This document shows positions 40,372-49,783 of a DNA stretch of 64,000 nt, one piece after another. Source of the DNA: Candidatus Hydrogenedentota bacterium (GTDB taxonomy: Bacteria > Hydrogenedentota > Hydrogenedentia > Hydrogenedentales > SLHB01); the NCBI GenBank assembly GCA_963745075.1, contig CAVUWV010000011.1, positions 96,001-160,000 on the forward strand, given 5' to 3'. The notes beneath the pieces were generated by a model, which ran no database searches, was not told the origin of the DNA, and saw only the letters and a program-made list of their open reading frames with translations. Within the stretch, counting starts at the first letter, position 1. Each line of letters starts with the position of its first letter. The translations under genes and the position numbers were made by a program.

Positions 40372-41082
40372 ATGTCCAATACTCACGAAATACCCGCATA
40401 CGACCGCACGCTCCGGCTGATTGAAAAAACGGGATTGATCTGCCTCGTGATCTACCTGGCGGTGCTCATCGGGATCGCCGTTGCGAAACCGGAGCCGTAC
40501 GCCGGAGCGTGGCACCTGGTAGTCGGTAACCTCTTTCTGGGTCGGGCGTACAACATCACGGTCGGTCTCAAGGAGGGGTACCACCGGCTTTACCTGTTCT
40601 TCCAGTGCGGACTGGGCGACATCATCCTTCTCTTGCTGGTATACCCGTTGCTGGTGGCGGGGTATCGGCGCGCCATCGAATGGCGTTTTATCGGTCCCAG
40701 CATCGCCAACATCCGCGCTACGGCGGAAAAGCACAAGCACCGCGTCGAGCGTTTTGGTGCCGCCGGACTGCTGCTCTTCGTCTTTTTCCCCGCGTGGAGC
40801 ACGGGACCTCTCGTCGCCGGGGTGGTCGGATACCTGGTTGGCATGCGGACCTACGTCGTGTTCACGTCCGTCATCGTCGGTAATTTCCTTTCGGTTGCGG
40901 CCTGGATTTGGCTTATCGAGTGGATGCACCGGTTTTCCGCATCCTTGGGCTACTGGTTGCCCTGGATCGTGGCGGGCTCTGTCGTCAGCCTTGCCGTCGT
41001 CTACCGCATACGACTTATTCGCCAACGCATGCGGAAAATGGGTGACGGAACGAGTAGCGGCAACGACCGTTCCGAAATGTGA
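40372..41082 (+). CDS. small multidrug-export-like membrane protein
   Basis: ERFGAAGLLLFVFFPAWSTGPLVAGVVGYLVGM; 5-6 TM helices. Confidence 0.65.
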   Translation: MSNTHEIPAYDRTLRLIEKTGLICLVIYLAVLIGIAVAKPEPYAGAWHLVVGNLFLGRAYNITVGLKEGYHRLYLFFQCGLGDIILLLLVYPLLVAGYRRAIEWRFIGPSIANIRATAEKHKHRVERFGAAGLLLFVFFPAWSTGPLVAGVVGYLVGMRTYVVFTSVIVGNFLSVAAWIWLIEWMHRFSASLGYWLPWIVAGSVVSLAVVYRIRLIRQRMRKMGDGTSSGNDRSEM

Positions 41083-41191
41083 TCCGTTTTCGGGCCCACG
41101 CGGGGTTCGTTGCGGCTGGCGAAGGCCTGTGGTATTGTGCAAACGGCGCTTCCACGTATGATTGGTTTCAGCACCGGGTTTATCCATTCCC

Positions 41192-41944
41192 ATGCCAAGT
41201 CCAGACGCCTCACTCAAACACGCAGTCATCGATGCCTACCGCGAGGAACTGCGCGACCGGTATTCGATCGACAACGTGCGGCGTTTCGAGGAATTCGATC
41301 CGATTTCGGACCAGACGGTAGATGACCTTCGCCAGTATTTTCTGGAATGCATCTATCCGTCTTCTGCCGATCGCGACCGGTTGGACGAAGCGTTTGACCA
41401 CATGGGTGAAATCATCCGTTCGCCGCGCCGGTTGACGCCCCTGATGAGGATGGCGTTTAGGACGGTGTGGAAACTGGGGCTGATGTTTCCGTCGGCGGTA
41501 TCGGCGGGTCGCCACACCTTGGAAGCCTATCTCGAAACCCGGAAACTCGAGACCAAAATGCTCGAATATGCGCGTCGTAAGAAGTACACGCCGGAACAAG
41601 TGGAGAATCACGACGTTGTCGTGCAGTTGGTTGCAAACGTACCCGAACGCGAGATCGTGCGGTTTCGTACCGAAGTCTTGAAACTGTTTGAGGCGTTGTC
41701 TAACGTGAAACTGCTGGCCGCCACGGTGGAAATCATGGACAACTCGCGAAAACTGATGGAGTCGCGGCCGGATTTGTACGACGAGCAGGAAATGGCCGGA
41801 TTCAGCTTGGGGTGTGACGTGCTCCGCCGGGGCCATGCATTGTTTCAGAAGTTGAAACCGTCGGAATTTCCGGTGATTATCGAGGGCATTGAGGTTGTCG
41901 AAATCGATTGGTACGATCGGATCAAAGCGGAAGCCGCCTCCTGA
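41192..41944 (+). CDS. hypothetical helical protein
   Basis: Long ORF with host-like codon usage; probable start MPSPDASL at 41192. Confidence 0.7.
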   Translation: MPSPDASLKHAVIDAYREELRDRYSIDNVRRFEEFDPISDQTVDDLRQYFLECIYPSSADRDRLDEAFDHMGEIIRSPRRLTPLMRMAFRTVWKLGLMFPSAVSAGRHTLEAYLETRKLETKMLEYARRKKYTPEQVENHDVVVQLVANVPEREIVRFRTEVLKLFEALSNVKLLAATVEIMDNSRKLMESRPDLYDEQEMAGFSLGCDVLRRGHALFQKLKPSEFPVIIEGIEVVEIDWYDRIKAEAAS

Positions 41945-42020
41945 CGGAGGCGATCGTAGTCTGCGCGTGTGTCGATCCAGCGGGGCCGTTCCCGGCCGCG
42001 ACCGGCACTTGGAAGAAAGG

Positions 42021-43238
42021 ATGACGAGAATGCGGATCACTACTTGTATCTTTACGGCGGCATTGGTCGCCGGTGTGGCCTTGGCGCAAAGTGACCTGAA
42101 CGGACGCCAGATTCAAATGAAGGCCGGTGACCATCAGAGTCTCAATGTTCCCTTGACGTTGCCTTACGACGGGACTCTTGCGGAAGGTGAAATCGTCCAG
42201 GTGAAGGAGCCCAAGACGGCCAAGACATTCCCCGCCATGGTGCGGGATGGCGAATTCGTTTTTGTCCCCGAGGGGGCGATGCCGAATACCTCACATCGGT
42301 ACGAGGTGGTCGTCCGAAAGGACAACAAGCCGCCCAGCGTGAAGATTACAAAACGGGACAACGAAGACGTCTTGGATGTTGTGATTGACGACGTGCCGTT
42401 CACTGCCTATCACTACTCCAATGAGAATAAGAAACCTTTCCTGTGGCCCGTGCTGGGGAAAGGCGGCGTGCATGTCACGCGCGACTATCCCATGGGTGAG
42501 GTGCAGGTGTCCCAGGACCATCCCCACCACAAGTCCATGTGGACCGCCTATGGCGACATCAACGGCGCGGACTGCTGGGGTGAGGGCGACAACTCCGGGT
42601 ATCAGGTAAGCGGCGATGTAACCTTCGGCTCCGGCGACGCGTATGGATGGGTCCACGCGAAGAACGTGTGGCAGAATCACGAGCACCAGCCGGTCGTGGA
42701 CGAGGAGCGGGAATACAAGTTCTACACGGGACCCGAAGGCGCGCGGATTTTCGACCTGACCGTCACCTTTACGGCATCGTATGGCGATGCGAAATTCATC
42801 GACACGAAAGAAGGCGGCATCATGGCCGTGCGCGTTAACGATTTCATGGACGTCGACCATGGCGGCACCATTACGAATTCGGAGGGGCAGGTCGGTGAAG
42901 CCGAGGCCTGGGGGCAACCCGCCAACTGGTGCGACTATTCCGGCGCTATCCAGGACTCGGGCGTGTTCGGTATCACGGTCTTCGACGATGCCGGAAATCT
43001 GCGTCATCCGTCGCGGTGGCACGTCCGGAATTACGGCCTCATGGGCGCGAACTGCTTTGGCCTGTCCTATTTCACGAAAGGGAAAGGCGATCTGAACGGC
43101 GACTACACGTTGACGAACGGCGAATCCATGACCTTCCGGTACCGCACCTACGTGCACAGCGGCAACGTCAAAAAGGCCAAGGTCGCCGACCGCTACGCCG
43201 ACTATGCAACACCGCCCACGGTGGAATGGGCGAAGTAG
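42021..43238 (+). CDS. secreted PmoA-like (DUF6807-type) protein
   Basis: Signal peptide; KPFLWPV, VTRDYP, DHPHHKSMW, KEGG, WHVRNYGL. Start at 42021 or 42030. Confidence 0.75.
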   Translation: MTRMRITTCIFTAALVAGVALAQSDLNGRQIQMKAGDHQSLNVPLTLPYDGTLAEGEIVQVKEPKTAKTFPAMVRDGEFVFVPEGAMPNTSHRYEVVVRKDNKPPSVKITKRDNEDVLDVVIDDVPFTAYHYSNENKKPFLWPVLGKGGVHVTRDYPMGEVQVSQDHPHHKSMWTAYGDINGADCWGEGDNSGYQVSGDVTFGSGDAYGWVHAKNVWQNHEHQPVVDEEREYKFYTGPEGARIFDLTVTFTASYGDAKFIDTKEGGIMAVRVNDFMDVDHGGTITNSEGQVGEAEAWGQPANWCDYSGAIQDSGVFGITVFDDAGNLRHPSRWHVRNYGLMGANCFGLSYFTKGKGDLNGDYTLTNGESMTFRYRTYVHSGNVKKAKVADRYADYATPPTVEWAK

Positions 43239-43282
43239 CGGTTCGCACGCGCGTTCGCGCGGTGAACGATTGATGACGTATC

Positions 43283-43314
43283 CAGTAGCGCAGGCGTTCG
43301 CGTCTGCGCTACTG
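43283..43314. repeat. GTAG-type hairpin (REP-like or terminator)
   Basis: CAGTAGCGCAGGCG-TTCG-CGTCTGCGCTACTG, 14-bp stem. Confidence 0.6.
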
Positions 43315-43340
43315 TGTTGCCTGGACGACGGGAGGATTCT

Positions 43341-44549
43341 ATGCGGTCGCTGTTCCGGCTCGTGATGGTCGCTGCCCTGCTGGCTGCGCCCGCCCAGGCA
43401 ACATTCTCAAGGAGCTACGAGGCCGTGCTCGGTCCCCAGCCCGAGAAGTATACCTTCGATGAGCCGCTGAAAATCGCGCACCCGGAATTATCCTACGTCA
43501 TCGACGTGCAAGCCGTGTTACAGGAGGGCACGGGCGAACTGCGCGTCATCAATCCTTCCGGCGCCGAAATCTACCAACATCTTTGGGGCGGGGGACTTAG
43601 CGAAGACCTCGCGGCCCTGGGTCCTCTGACGATGGCAGGCGAGTACCGGGTCATCGTGGACGTTGAGAAGGCCTTGGGGCACTGGCGCGTGCGTGTGGTC
43701 GAAGTGCCTAAGGCGGACCAGCTCCGGAGCATTTCATTTGTGGGGCCGCTCCTGACGTTTATTGGATTCGCCTTCTTGTTGGGGTGGTTCCTGATGACCC
43801 GCGCGCAATGGCGATGGCTCTTCGTCGGGGCAGGCGTGCGGCTTGCCGCAGCGGTACTGACATTGGGTGCTGGGGTTGTTTACTACGTCACCTTTCGTGG
43901 CGCTCTTGAAGATTCCTTGAATTACCTACACTACCTCATCGCCGACAGTTGCGTTATCGGGGTCGCTTCAGGTGTTGCAGCGACGCTCGCTCTTCTCGTC
44001 GCCGGCCTGATCTTTCGCGGCGTGAGGACGTTGGCACCCAATGCGGTCGGCCTGGGCGTTGGCACCGCCGTCAGCGAAGTGTTCGTGACCGCCATCGTCA
44101 CTGTAGTCGGCACGGGCCTTCTTTTCGGAGGAAGTCCCAAGAGCGGAAAGTGGATGCTGCAGCTCGCCTATGACGCGACGACCACGCCGATGTTGCCACT
44201 CGTTGAACCGGCGAAGTTCATGGGTCTGGTCCTGTGCTTCATGGCCGCAAGTGGTCTTGTCGTCCTGGCCGTAACCGCGCGCCGATGGGCGCTGGTGTTC
44301 CCGGCATCTTTGCTCTTGATCGGCTTTTACGCCGCCATCGGCGGGGCCCGCATTTGGGCCTTGGACGGCGCACTGTCCAAATGGTGGATCGTAGGCGGCG
44401 CCCTTCCATTTGCCGTCGCCAGCCTGCTCGTGGTGTGGTGGTGCATGCGCGTATGGCCACCCCCGCCAATTCCAGACAAGACGCTTACACCCATGGAAGC
44501 ATACCTCCGGGACGCCCGTAGTACGGAGGAAGGATCTTCGGCGAAGTGA
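43341..44549 (+). CDS. membrane protein: exported N-terminal beta domain plus YhfC/PrsW-like multi-TM domain
   Basis: GGAGG RBS, signal peptide, about 8 TM helices, AVGLGVGTAVSE resembling the YhfC GxGxGxxE motif. Confidence 0.55.
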   Translation: MRSLFRLVMVAALLAAPAQATFSRSYEAVLGPQPEKYTFDEPLKIAHPELSYVIDVQAVLQEGTGELRVINPSGAEIYQHLWGGGLSEDLAALGPLTMAGEYRVIVDVEKALGHWRVRVVEVPKADQLRSISFVGPLLTFIGFAFLLGWFLMTRAQWRWLFVGAGVRLAAAVLTLGAGVVYYVTFRGALEDSLNYLHYLIADSCVIGVASGVAATLALLVAGLIFRGVRTLAPNAVGLGVGTAVSEVFVTAIVTVVGTGLLFGGSPKSGKWMLQLAYDATTTPMLPLVEPAKFMGLVLCFMAASGLVVLAVTARRWALVFPASLLLIGFYAAIGGARIWALDGALSKWWIVGGALPFAVASLLVVWWCMRVWPPPPIPDKTLTPMEAYLRDARSTEEGSSAK

Positions 44550-45061
44550 ACCTCGGCGAGAAGAACATCGTTTTGATTGGCATGCCGGGCGTGGGCAAGA
44601 GTACCATCGGCGTCCTGCTAGCCAAAGAATTGTCCCGCGCGTTTCTCGATACCGATGTGTTGATCCAATCCCAGGAAGGTCGCCGACTGAGGGACATTAT
44701 CCGCGAGGACGGGATCGAGGTCTTTCGCGCGCTCGAGGAGCGCTACATTCTCACCCTCGACTGCCGTGAGCACGTCGTCGCGACCGGCGGAAGCGCAATT
44801 TACAGCGAACCAGCTATGCAGCATCTCCGTGGACGCGGCGTGGTCGTCCATCTCGCGCTCCCTATCGAGCTTCTCGATCGCCGCATTCGAAGCCTCGACG
44901 ACCGCGGCGTGGTGCGGGCCGAGGGGCAGAGTTTGCGAGAACTCTACGAGGAACGCTTGCCCCTCTACACCCGTTACCGCGACTGCGAAGTGAGCTGTGC
45001 GCGCCGCAATCACGACGACGTCGTCGGTGCAGTTATCGCGGCAATCCAAGCGCTTCCGTAG
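44546..45061 (+). CDS. aroK: shikimate kinase
   Basis: GMPGVGKST, DTD, FRALE, ATGGS, ERLPLY. Confidence 0.93.
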   Translation: MNLGEKNIVLIGMPGVGKSTIGVLLAKELSRAFLDTDVLIQSQEGRRLRDIIREDGIEVFRALEERYILTLDCREHVVATGGSAIYSEPAMQHLRGRGVVVHLALPIELLDRRIRSLDDRGVVRAEGQSLRELYEERLPLYTRYRDCEVSCARRNHDDVVGAVIAAIQALP

Positions 45062-45083
45062 GTCCCATCCAATCACGGGGGCG

Positions 45084-45187
45084 CCCAAAGTAGGCGCGGC
45101 TTCCATTCGCGTTAATTCTTGTTTTCGAGTTGGAATTCGTAGTTCGCGAGAAAGACTAAACGCGGCTGGAAGCCGCGTCTATTTGGG
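45084..45187. repeat. GTAG-family REP doublet (REPIN-like)
   Basis: CCCAAAGTAGGCGCGGCTTCCATTCGCGTT ... AACGCGGCTGGAAGCCGCGTCTATTTGGG inverted arms; the second arm is internally palindromic. Confidence 0.75.
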
Positions 45188-45463
45188 ATATCCCGTTGGG
45201 TTTAAAAACACTTCGGCAGGAGCGCCCGATTCTTCGCGAAGTGACCGTTTTTTGTCACTCGTATTGTTCATTTCCGTCATCACGACTGAGATCCACCTTT
45301 GCCCCAATCCATCCGTAAGAGCCTCGATCTATTCGTAAGCGGCTACTCCAGAATGGGTTGAGAGGATTGGAGCTACCCTGACGTTGCTCCAAATCCATCC
45401 TCGAAAACAGGGCATGACGATTGCTCCTTTACGTCCTGCTCGCAACAGTAGGAGAGGCGGACG

Positions 45464-45790
45464 ATGGCTTGGCGGTTTTGCATGGAGACAGGGGTCGCCG
45501 CGTGCGTTGCCTTGGGCGCCAGCATTTGGGGCGTTCAATCCACCGCGCCGGCGACGTTGACTGCGGAAGATGTTGCACCCCCGCACAGGGCAGCGTCCGT
45601 CGAAGTCTCATTGGTGACGGTCATTGAGCCCATCCATGCCGATTCGCTGGGGCTCGGTGAGCGATCTCAGTCACCAGATGTTTTTCACCGCGCCGGCCTT
45701 GAAGAACCCATACCAGACACACGGGATGCCTCGAACGGCGCAGCCGAGGAAGTTGCTTCAGTTTTGCCGTCGGCACACGACGGCTCCTAG
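45464..45790 (+). CDS. putative small secreted or low-complexity protein (108 aa)
   Basis: AGGAGAGG upstream, hydrophobic N-terminus, hairpin after the stop; no recognisable domain. Confidence 0.4.
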   Translation: MAWRFCMETGVAACVALGASIWGVQSTAPATLTAEDVAPPHRAASVEVSLVTVIEPIHADSLGLGERSQSPDVFHRAGLEEPIPDTRDASNGAAEEVASVLPSAHDGS

Positions 45791-45792
45791 CG

Positions 45793-45842
45793 CTTCCCTG
45801 TCACCGGTGCTAGACGCACACCGGTGGCGCGGCACAGGGAAG
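45793..45842 (+). terminator. GC-rich hairpin after the small ORF
   Basis: CTTCCCTGT...ACAGGGAAG outer stem with inner CACCGGTG pair; no U-tract. Confidence 0.4.
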
Positions 45843-45936
45843 GGGGTCCGCATTCGGCAATGCGGGCCCCCCTCGTTTTTCCGCCGCACCGGACCGGTTC
45901 AACTTTGACCAGTGAAACGCCGCTATACACTGCGAC

Positions 45937-46042
45937 TGAGTCTCATCTCGTAATCGTGCTCGTCATCGTAATCGATCTTCCGTGAGACTCACCTCATAGC
46001 CCCTTCGATTACGAGTACGATAACGATTACGATTACGACGAT
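45937..46042. repeat. hexamer-based inverted repeat (CTCGTA/ATCGTA ... TACGAT/TACGAG)
   Basis: Arm CTCGTAATCGTGCTCGTCATCGTAATCGA and arm TCGATTACGAGTACGATAACGATTACGATTACGAC; also a TGAGTCTCA/TGAGACTCA pair. Confidence 0.75.
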
Positions 46043-46079
46043 AGGGATCACGGCCATCGATAGTGAGGGAATTGCTGCA

Positions 46080-46573
46080 ATGGTCTACCTCAAGGCATTC
46101 CTGTTCACCGTCTTAGTTCCAGGAACTGTTGCGGGAGTCATCCCATACCTTGTTATTTCGCGGGGGACACGCAGATTCCTCTGTGGTGGCGCGGCTGGAG
46201 ACTACTGGGGTGGGGACCGGTGGTCGTCGGTGCCGTGATTCTGCTCTGGTGTATCGCGGATTTCGCGTATACTGGAAAGGGGACGCCTGCGCCCGTCGAT
46301 CCGCCGAAGCGGTTGGTCGTGCACGGGCTGTACCGGTACGTGCGCAATCCGATGTACATCGGCGTCTTGTCGATACTGCTGGGCGAACTGCTGCGTTTCC
46401 CATCGTTCCAGATGTTGATTTATGCAAGTCTTGTTTTTGCGGCGTTTGAATCCTTCGTCGTGTTTTATGAAGAACCGGCCTTACGTAAGAAGTTTGGTGA
46501 ACCATACGTCGCGTATTGCCGGGAAGTGAACCGATGGTTGCCGTGCTGGGATTCCATCTTCAAAACTATGTAA
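46080..46573 (+). pseudogene. isoprenylcysteine carboxyl methyltransferase/PEMT family protein, frameshifted
   Basis: MVYLKAFLFTVLVPGTVAGVIPY begins at 46080; GKGTPAPVDPP..YVRNPMY..EE is in another frame. Adding one G to the G5 run at 46162-46166 fuses them. Confidence 0.75.
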
Positions 46574-46604
46574 GGGAACATTGCGGCGTTCCGACAAGGT
46601 CCAC

Positions 46605-48179
46605 TCAGTTCGGACGTTCCAGATGCGTCAGCCAGCCTTCGTCGAAGCAGACGTGTTTGATCGAATATCGCCGATATGTATACGTGAGGTGAATCATCCC
46701 ATCCGAGGTTTGAATGATGCAGGGATAAGAAAACTCGCCCCAATCCGCTTCCAGGGTCCTCAGGTCGGTCCACGTCTTCCCGTCGTCGTAGGACTGAATG
46801 AGATTTAACGGCGTCCGGTCATCCTGGTCGGTGTCATTGAACACCAAAACCAAACGGCCGCTTTTCAGTTTGGTCATGGCGATACCCGAGTCGGGGTTCT
46901 TCAATTCCGTCTTTTCGGGCGCCGACCACGTCAGACCCCGATCGGTCGACACGCTCTGCATGATGCGCGGCTGGTGTCGCATAAGGCACAGCAAGTCGCC
47001 GTTGTCCCGCTGGATAACCGTCGGTTGCCCGCCACCGCCACGGATGAATCCGCCGGGTTTCCACGTCGCGCCGTCATCCTCGAGGTAGAGGAGAAACGAC
47101 CCGTAGCGATCCTCGGTCTCGCCGCTGATGGGCAGGGCCAGTGTGCCGTTGTCCAGGGTAAGGGGCGCATTACGCGGCAACCACCCAAGACTGCCCGGCA
47201 TCTCTGTATCCTCAGACCATGTTTCACCGTTGTCATCGGAAGTCCGCATCATCAGCCGGCATTGTCCCCAGCCTGCACCGCGGCGGACGGGGCGGCTGCC
47301 TTCCATGCGCCCCCAAACGATCCACATGCGATCCCTTGGGCCTTTGAAGATGATGGCATTGCCCGGCGGCTGAGCCGGGTTCCAGATCAGTCGTTCCGGG
47401 GTGGTCCAGATCCGTTTCCCCTTTTCCAGACGCGCAAGGTAGAGCGCCTGATCGTCCGCCGATTCGTAGCTCCCGCCGTACCAGAGGCAGAGCAGATCGC
47501 CGTTCGGCGCTTCCGCAACGGTCGAACAGTGGTGCGCCGCCACGCCGGGGATCTTAGTAAAGATGAGTTCGGAAGAAAACGAGATCGTACCGTAGGGATC
47601 GGGAATGAGGCGCTCCGGACCGGGTTGGTTGATGGGCGTGCCCGACACGGGTGTCTCGGTCTTCGTCACAGGCTTTTTCGCGAGGACTTGCTGAATGGCC
47701 GTCTCGAGGCCGGGTTCTGGTGCGGGACCACCCAAATCGCCGTGATAGATGAGTTTTCCGGTGTCGTCGAGGAAGAAGAATTCGGGTGTTACCGTCGCGC
47801 CGAACTGTTTTGCCACACTTCCCGTGGGATCGCGGTGGATCGGGAACCGCAAGCCGTTGTTCTGCATGAACGTGCGCAGTTCGTCGCCCGATTCCGCGGA
47901 ATTCGAGGAAACGCCGACGAAGAGGATGTCCTTGAACCGGTACTTTTCGTACAGCGCACCAACGTCCTCAATGATCTGCTGCGTTCGCTCGCAACGAGAC
48001 GATAAAAACACGACCACTGTTCCCTTGCGCTCGGCGTAGTTGTCCATCGTGCGCGAATACCCATCGAGTGTCTCGAACGAAACGGGCCCCACCATCTCGG
48101 CGATGTCGAGTGCACTTGCAGATAGCGCGCAGAGGAATAGTGTAAGTACGATTGCTGGGAGTATTCGTGAGAACTGCAT
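46605..48179 (-). CDS. secreted redoxin (AhpC/TSA-like) plus BNR/Asp-box sialidase-like fusion
   Basis: VVVFLSSRC, FVGVSSN, FGATVTPE; Asp boxes SDDNGETW, STDRGLTW, SYDDGKTW; NPDSG; FSYP. Confidence 0.82.
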   Translation of the reverse strand: MQFSRILPAIVLTLFLCALSASALDIAEMVGPVSFETLDGYSRTMDNYAERKGTVVVFLSSRCERTQQIIEDVGALYEKYRFKDILFVGVSSNSAESGDELRTFMQNNGLRFPIHRDPTGSVAKQFGATVTPEFFFLDDTGKLIYHGDLGGPAPEPGLETAIQQVLAKKPVTKTETPVSGTPINQPGPERLIPDPYGTISFSSELIFTKIPGVAAHHCSTVAEAPNGDLLCLWYGGSYESADDQALYLARLEKGKRIWTTPERLIWNPAQPPGNAIIFKGPRDRMWIVWGRMEGSRPVRRGAGWGQCRLMMRTSDDNGETWSEDTEMPGSLGWLPRNAPLTLDNGTLALPISGETEDRYGSFLLYLEDDGATWKPGGFIRGGGGQPTVIQRDNGDLLCLMRHQPRIMQSVSTDRGLTWSAPEKTELKNPDSGIAMTKLKSGRLVLVFNDTDQDDRTPLNLIQSYDDGKTWTDLRTLEADWGEFSYPCIIQTSDGMIHLTYTYRRYSIKHVCFDEGWLTHLERPN

Positions 48180-48282
48180 GGGTTGCGTCCTTTCCGTTGG
48201 CCACCCTTGGACCGGCCTGCGTCAGTGTAGAGAACGGGGGCGGCGGTATCAACGCGGGTTAGCCTATGAACGTCCATCACAC

Positions 48283-48549
48283 GTCATCCTGAGCCGGGGA
48301 CCTCTTTCGAGGGTGTTGGAACCAAGAACAGTCGAGCATGGTTGCGACCTGCATTACTCTCGAAATCGGGCTCGGGATCGAAAGTGGGATGCGCAAAGTG
48401 CTTTCGATCCGGATTTCGATCCCGATTTCGACAATATTAAACCTCCGTTATTGATGCAGAATGACTTACTGGAGCCTGTTCTTAGGAGCGCCGACGAAGG
48501 ATATCATCACGCCAACGGCTAATCGGTCAGAGATCCTTCGCTGGCGCTC
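48283..48549. repeat. compound REP cluster: GTCAT-type arms enclosing an ATCGGG-type inverted repeat, followed by a second degenerate element
   Basis: GTCATCCTG (48283) and CAGAATGAC (to 48465) enclose TCGAAATCGGGCTCGGGATCGAAAG / CTTTCGATCCGGATTTCGATCCCGATTTCGA; then GAGCGCCGACGAAGGATATC / GAGATCCTTCGCTGGCGCTC. Confidence 0.65.
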
Positions 48550-48568
48550 GGTATTACGGAACGCAGAT

Positions 48569-49783
48569 TTACCGCGCCGGGTTTTCGTACCAGATGACGC
48601 CGAGGTTTTCCCGCTCCTCACAGGTGAGCACATCAAGATCGCCGTCTTCATCCATATCGATCAAGACCACGAGATCAAACTTGGTGCCCACCACCCCGCT
48701 GATGGCATGGGCCTCGGTATACGCCGGACTGTCAATATCCTTCCCGGAGAGCCAGAACACGCCGTGGGCGTCTTTCGCGTTTTCGCACGACAGCACAAGA
48801 TCGCGGGTGCCATCGCGATCGATATCACCGACGCTCACCGCCTTGCCCGTGCCCGTGTTCTCCGGAAACGGAATTCGAGATTCTGTCCAGTCCCGCGAAT
48901 CCGGCCGATCCCGGTGCAGTTGCAGCAGGTACGTGTCTGAGACGGCCACGAGCACGGTCGTGATTGCGTTCGATTCCGATGCACCGGGAGTCAGGAACAT
49001 GACTTCACAGTCGCTCCCGCCGATACGGTGTCGTGGCCATTCCGTAGATGGTTTCTCCGGACGCTCGAGCCAGGCACATCCCCGATCGTCACCCCGTCGG
49101 TCGGAGATCAGGATGTCGCCGTCGCCGTCGCCGTCCATGTCAACCGGTACCAACGACATGATCCAACCCGCCTCAAACAAGGGGTGCCAGTTCCACGCGG
49201 CGAGGTCACGAGGATTCTGCGGCGATTCAAACCAGCCGACAGCGGCATCCGCGTTCTTGGAACCCACCACGAGATCGGTCCCACGCACGCCGTCAAATTG
49301 CGTTGGAAGACAAAACATCCATTGCCGTTGGTCCAGACTCGCCGGCAGCGCTTCGGTCCGCCATGCCGCCGCATCACGATACGTTACCGGATCGGACGGC
49401 GCCCAGTGCACGAACATGGTCCGCGTATCTCCTTCACAACTGCTCACGACGTCCATCGCGCCGTCGCCATCGAGGTCGACGAACACGGCATCTTCCGGGT
49501 TCTTCACGGAACCGACGGTGATTTCGGGCCAGGGATCCTTCACGTGCTCGGGGCCCGGATTGAGATACACGCGAATGCTGCCGCCTTCCTCCCACCCCGT
49601 CGTGATATCCAGATAGCCATCACCGTTCACATCGGCGAGGCGTGTGCCGTCTGCCCCTTGGGAGGTCGCATCGACCGCGTGGCGCGGCCACGGGGTACCG
49701 GCGATGGTTGCGGCATGCGAAACCGCCGCAAGTACGACTCCAGGCGCGAGCGCGGTAAGTTTGCTGAGTTTCAGTCGTAACAT
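48569..49783 (-). CDS. secreted FG-GAP/VCBS repeat protein
   Basis: DVNGDGYLD, DLDGDGAMD, DMDGDGDGD, DIDRDGTRD, DMDEDGDLD; ends WYEN. Confidence 0.88.
   Translation of the reverse strand: MLRLKLSKLTALAPGVVLAAVSHAATIAGTPWPRHAVDATSQGADGTRLADVNGDGYLDITTGWEEGGSIRVYLNPGPEHVKDPWPEITVGSVKNPEDAVFVDLDGDGAMDVVSSCEGDTRTMFVHWAPSDPVTYRDAAAWRTEALPASLDQRQWMFCLPTQFDGVRGTDLVVGSKNADAAVGWFESPQNPRDLAAWNWHPLFEAGWIMSLVPVDMDGDGDGDILISDRRGDDRGCAWLERPEKPSTEWPRHRIGGSDCEVMFLTPGASESNAITTVLVAVSDTYLLQLHRDRPDSRDWTESRIPFPENTGTGKAVSVGDIDRDGTRDLVLSCENAKDAHGVFWLSGKDIDSPAYTEAHAISGVVGTKFDLVVLIDMDEDGDLDVLTCEERENLGVIWYENPAR

Noticed and set aside
42021..43238. Methane monooxygenase
   Set aside because: The PmoA-like label refers to a soluble beta-sandwich family; no TM helices and no pmoB/pmoC.
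45947..46042. Possible CRISPR or mini-array
   Set aside because: Units are 6-nt periodic and inverted, with no repeat-spacer structure and no cas genes.
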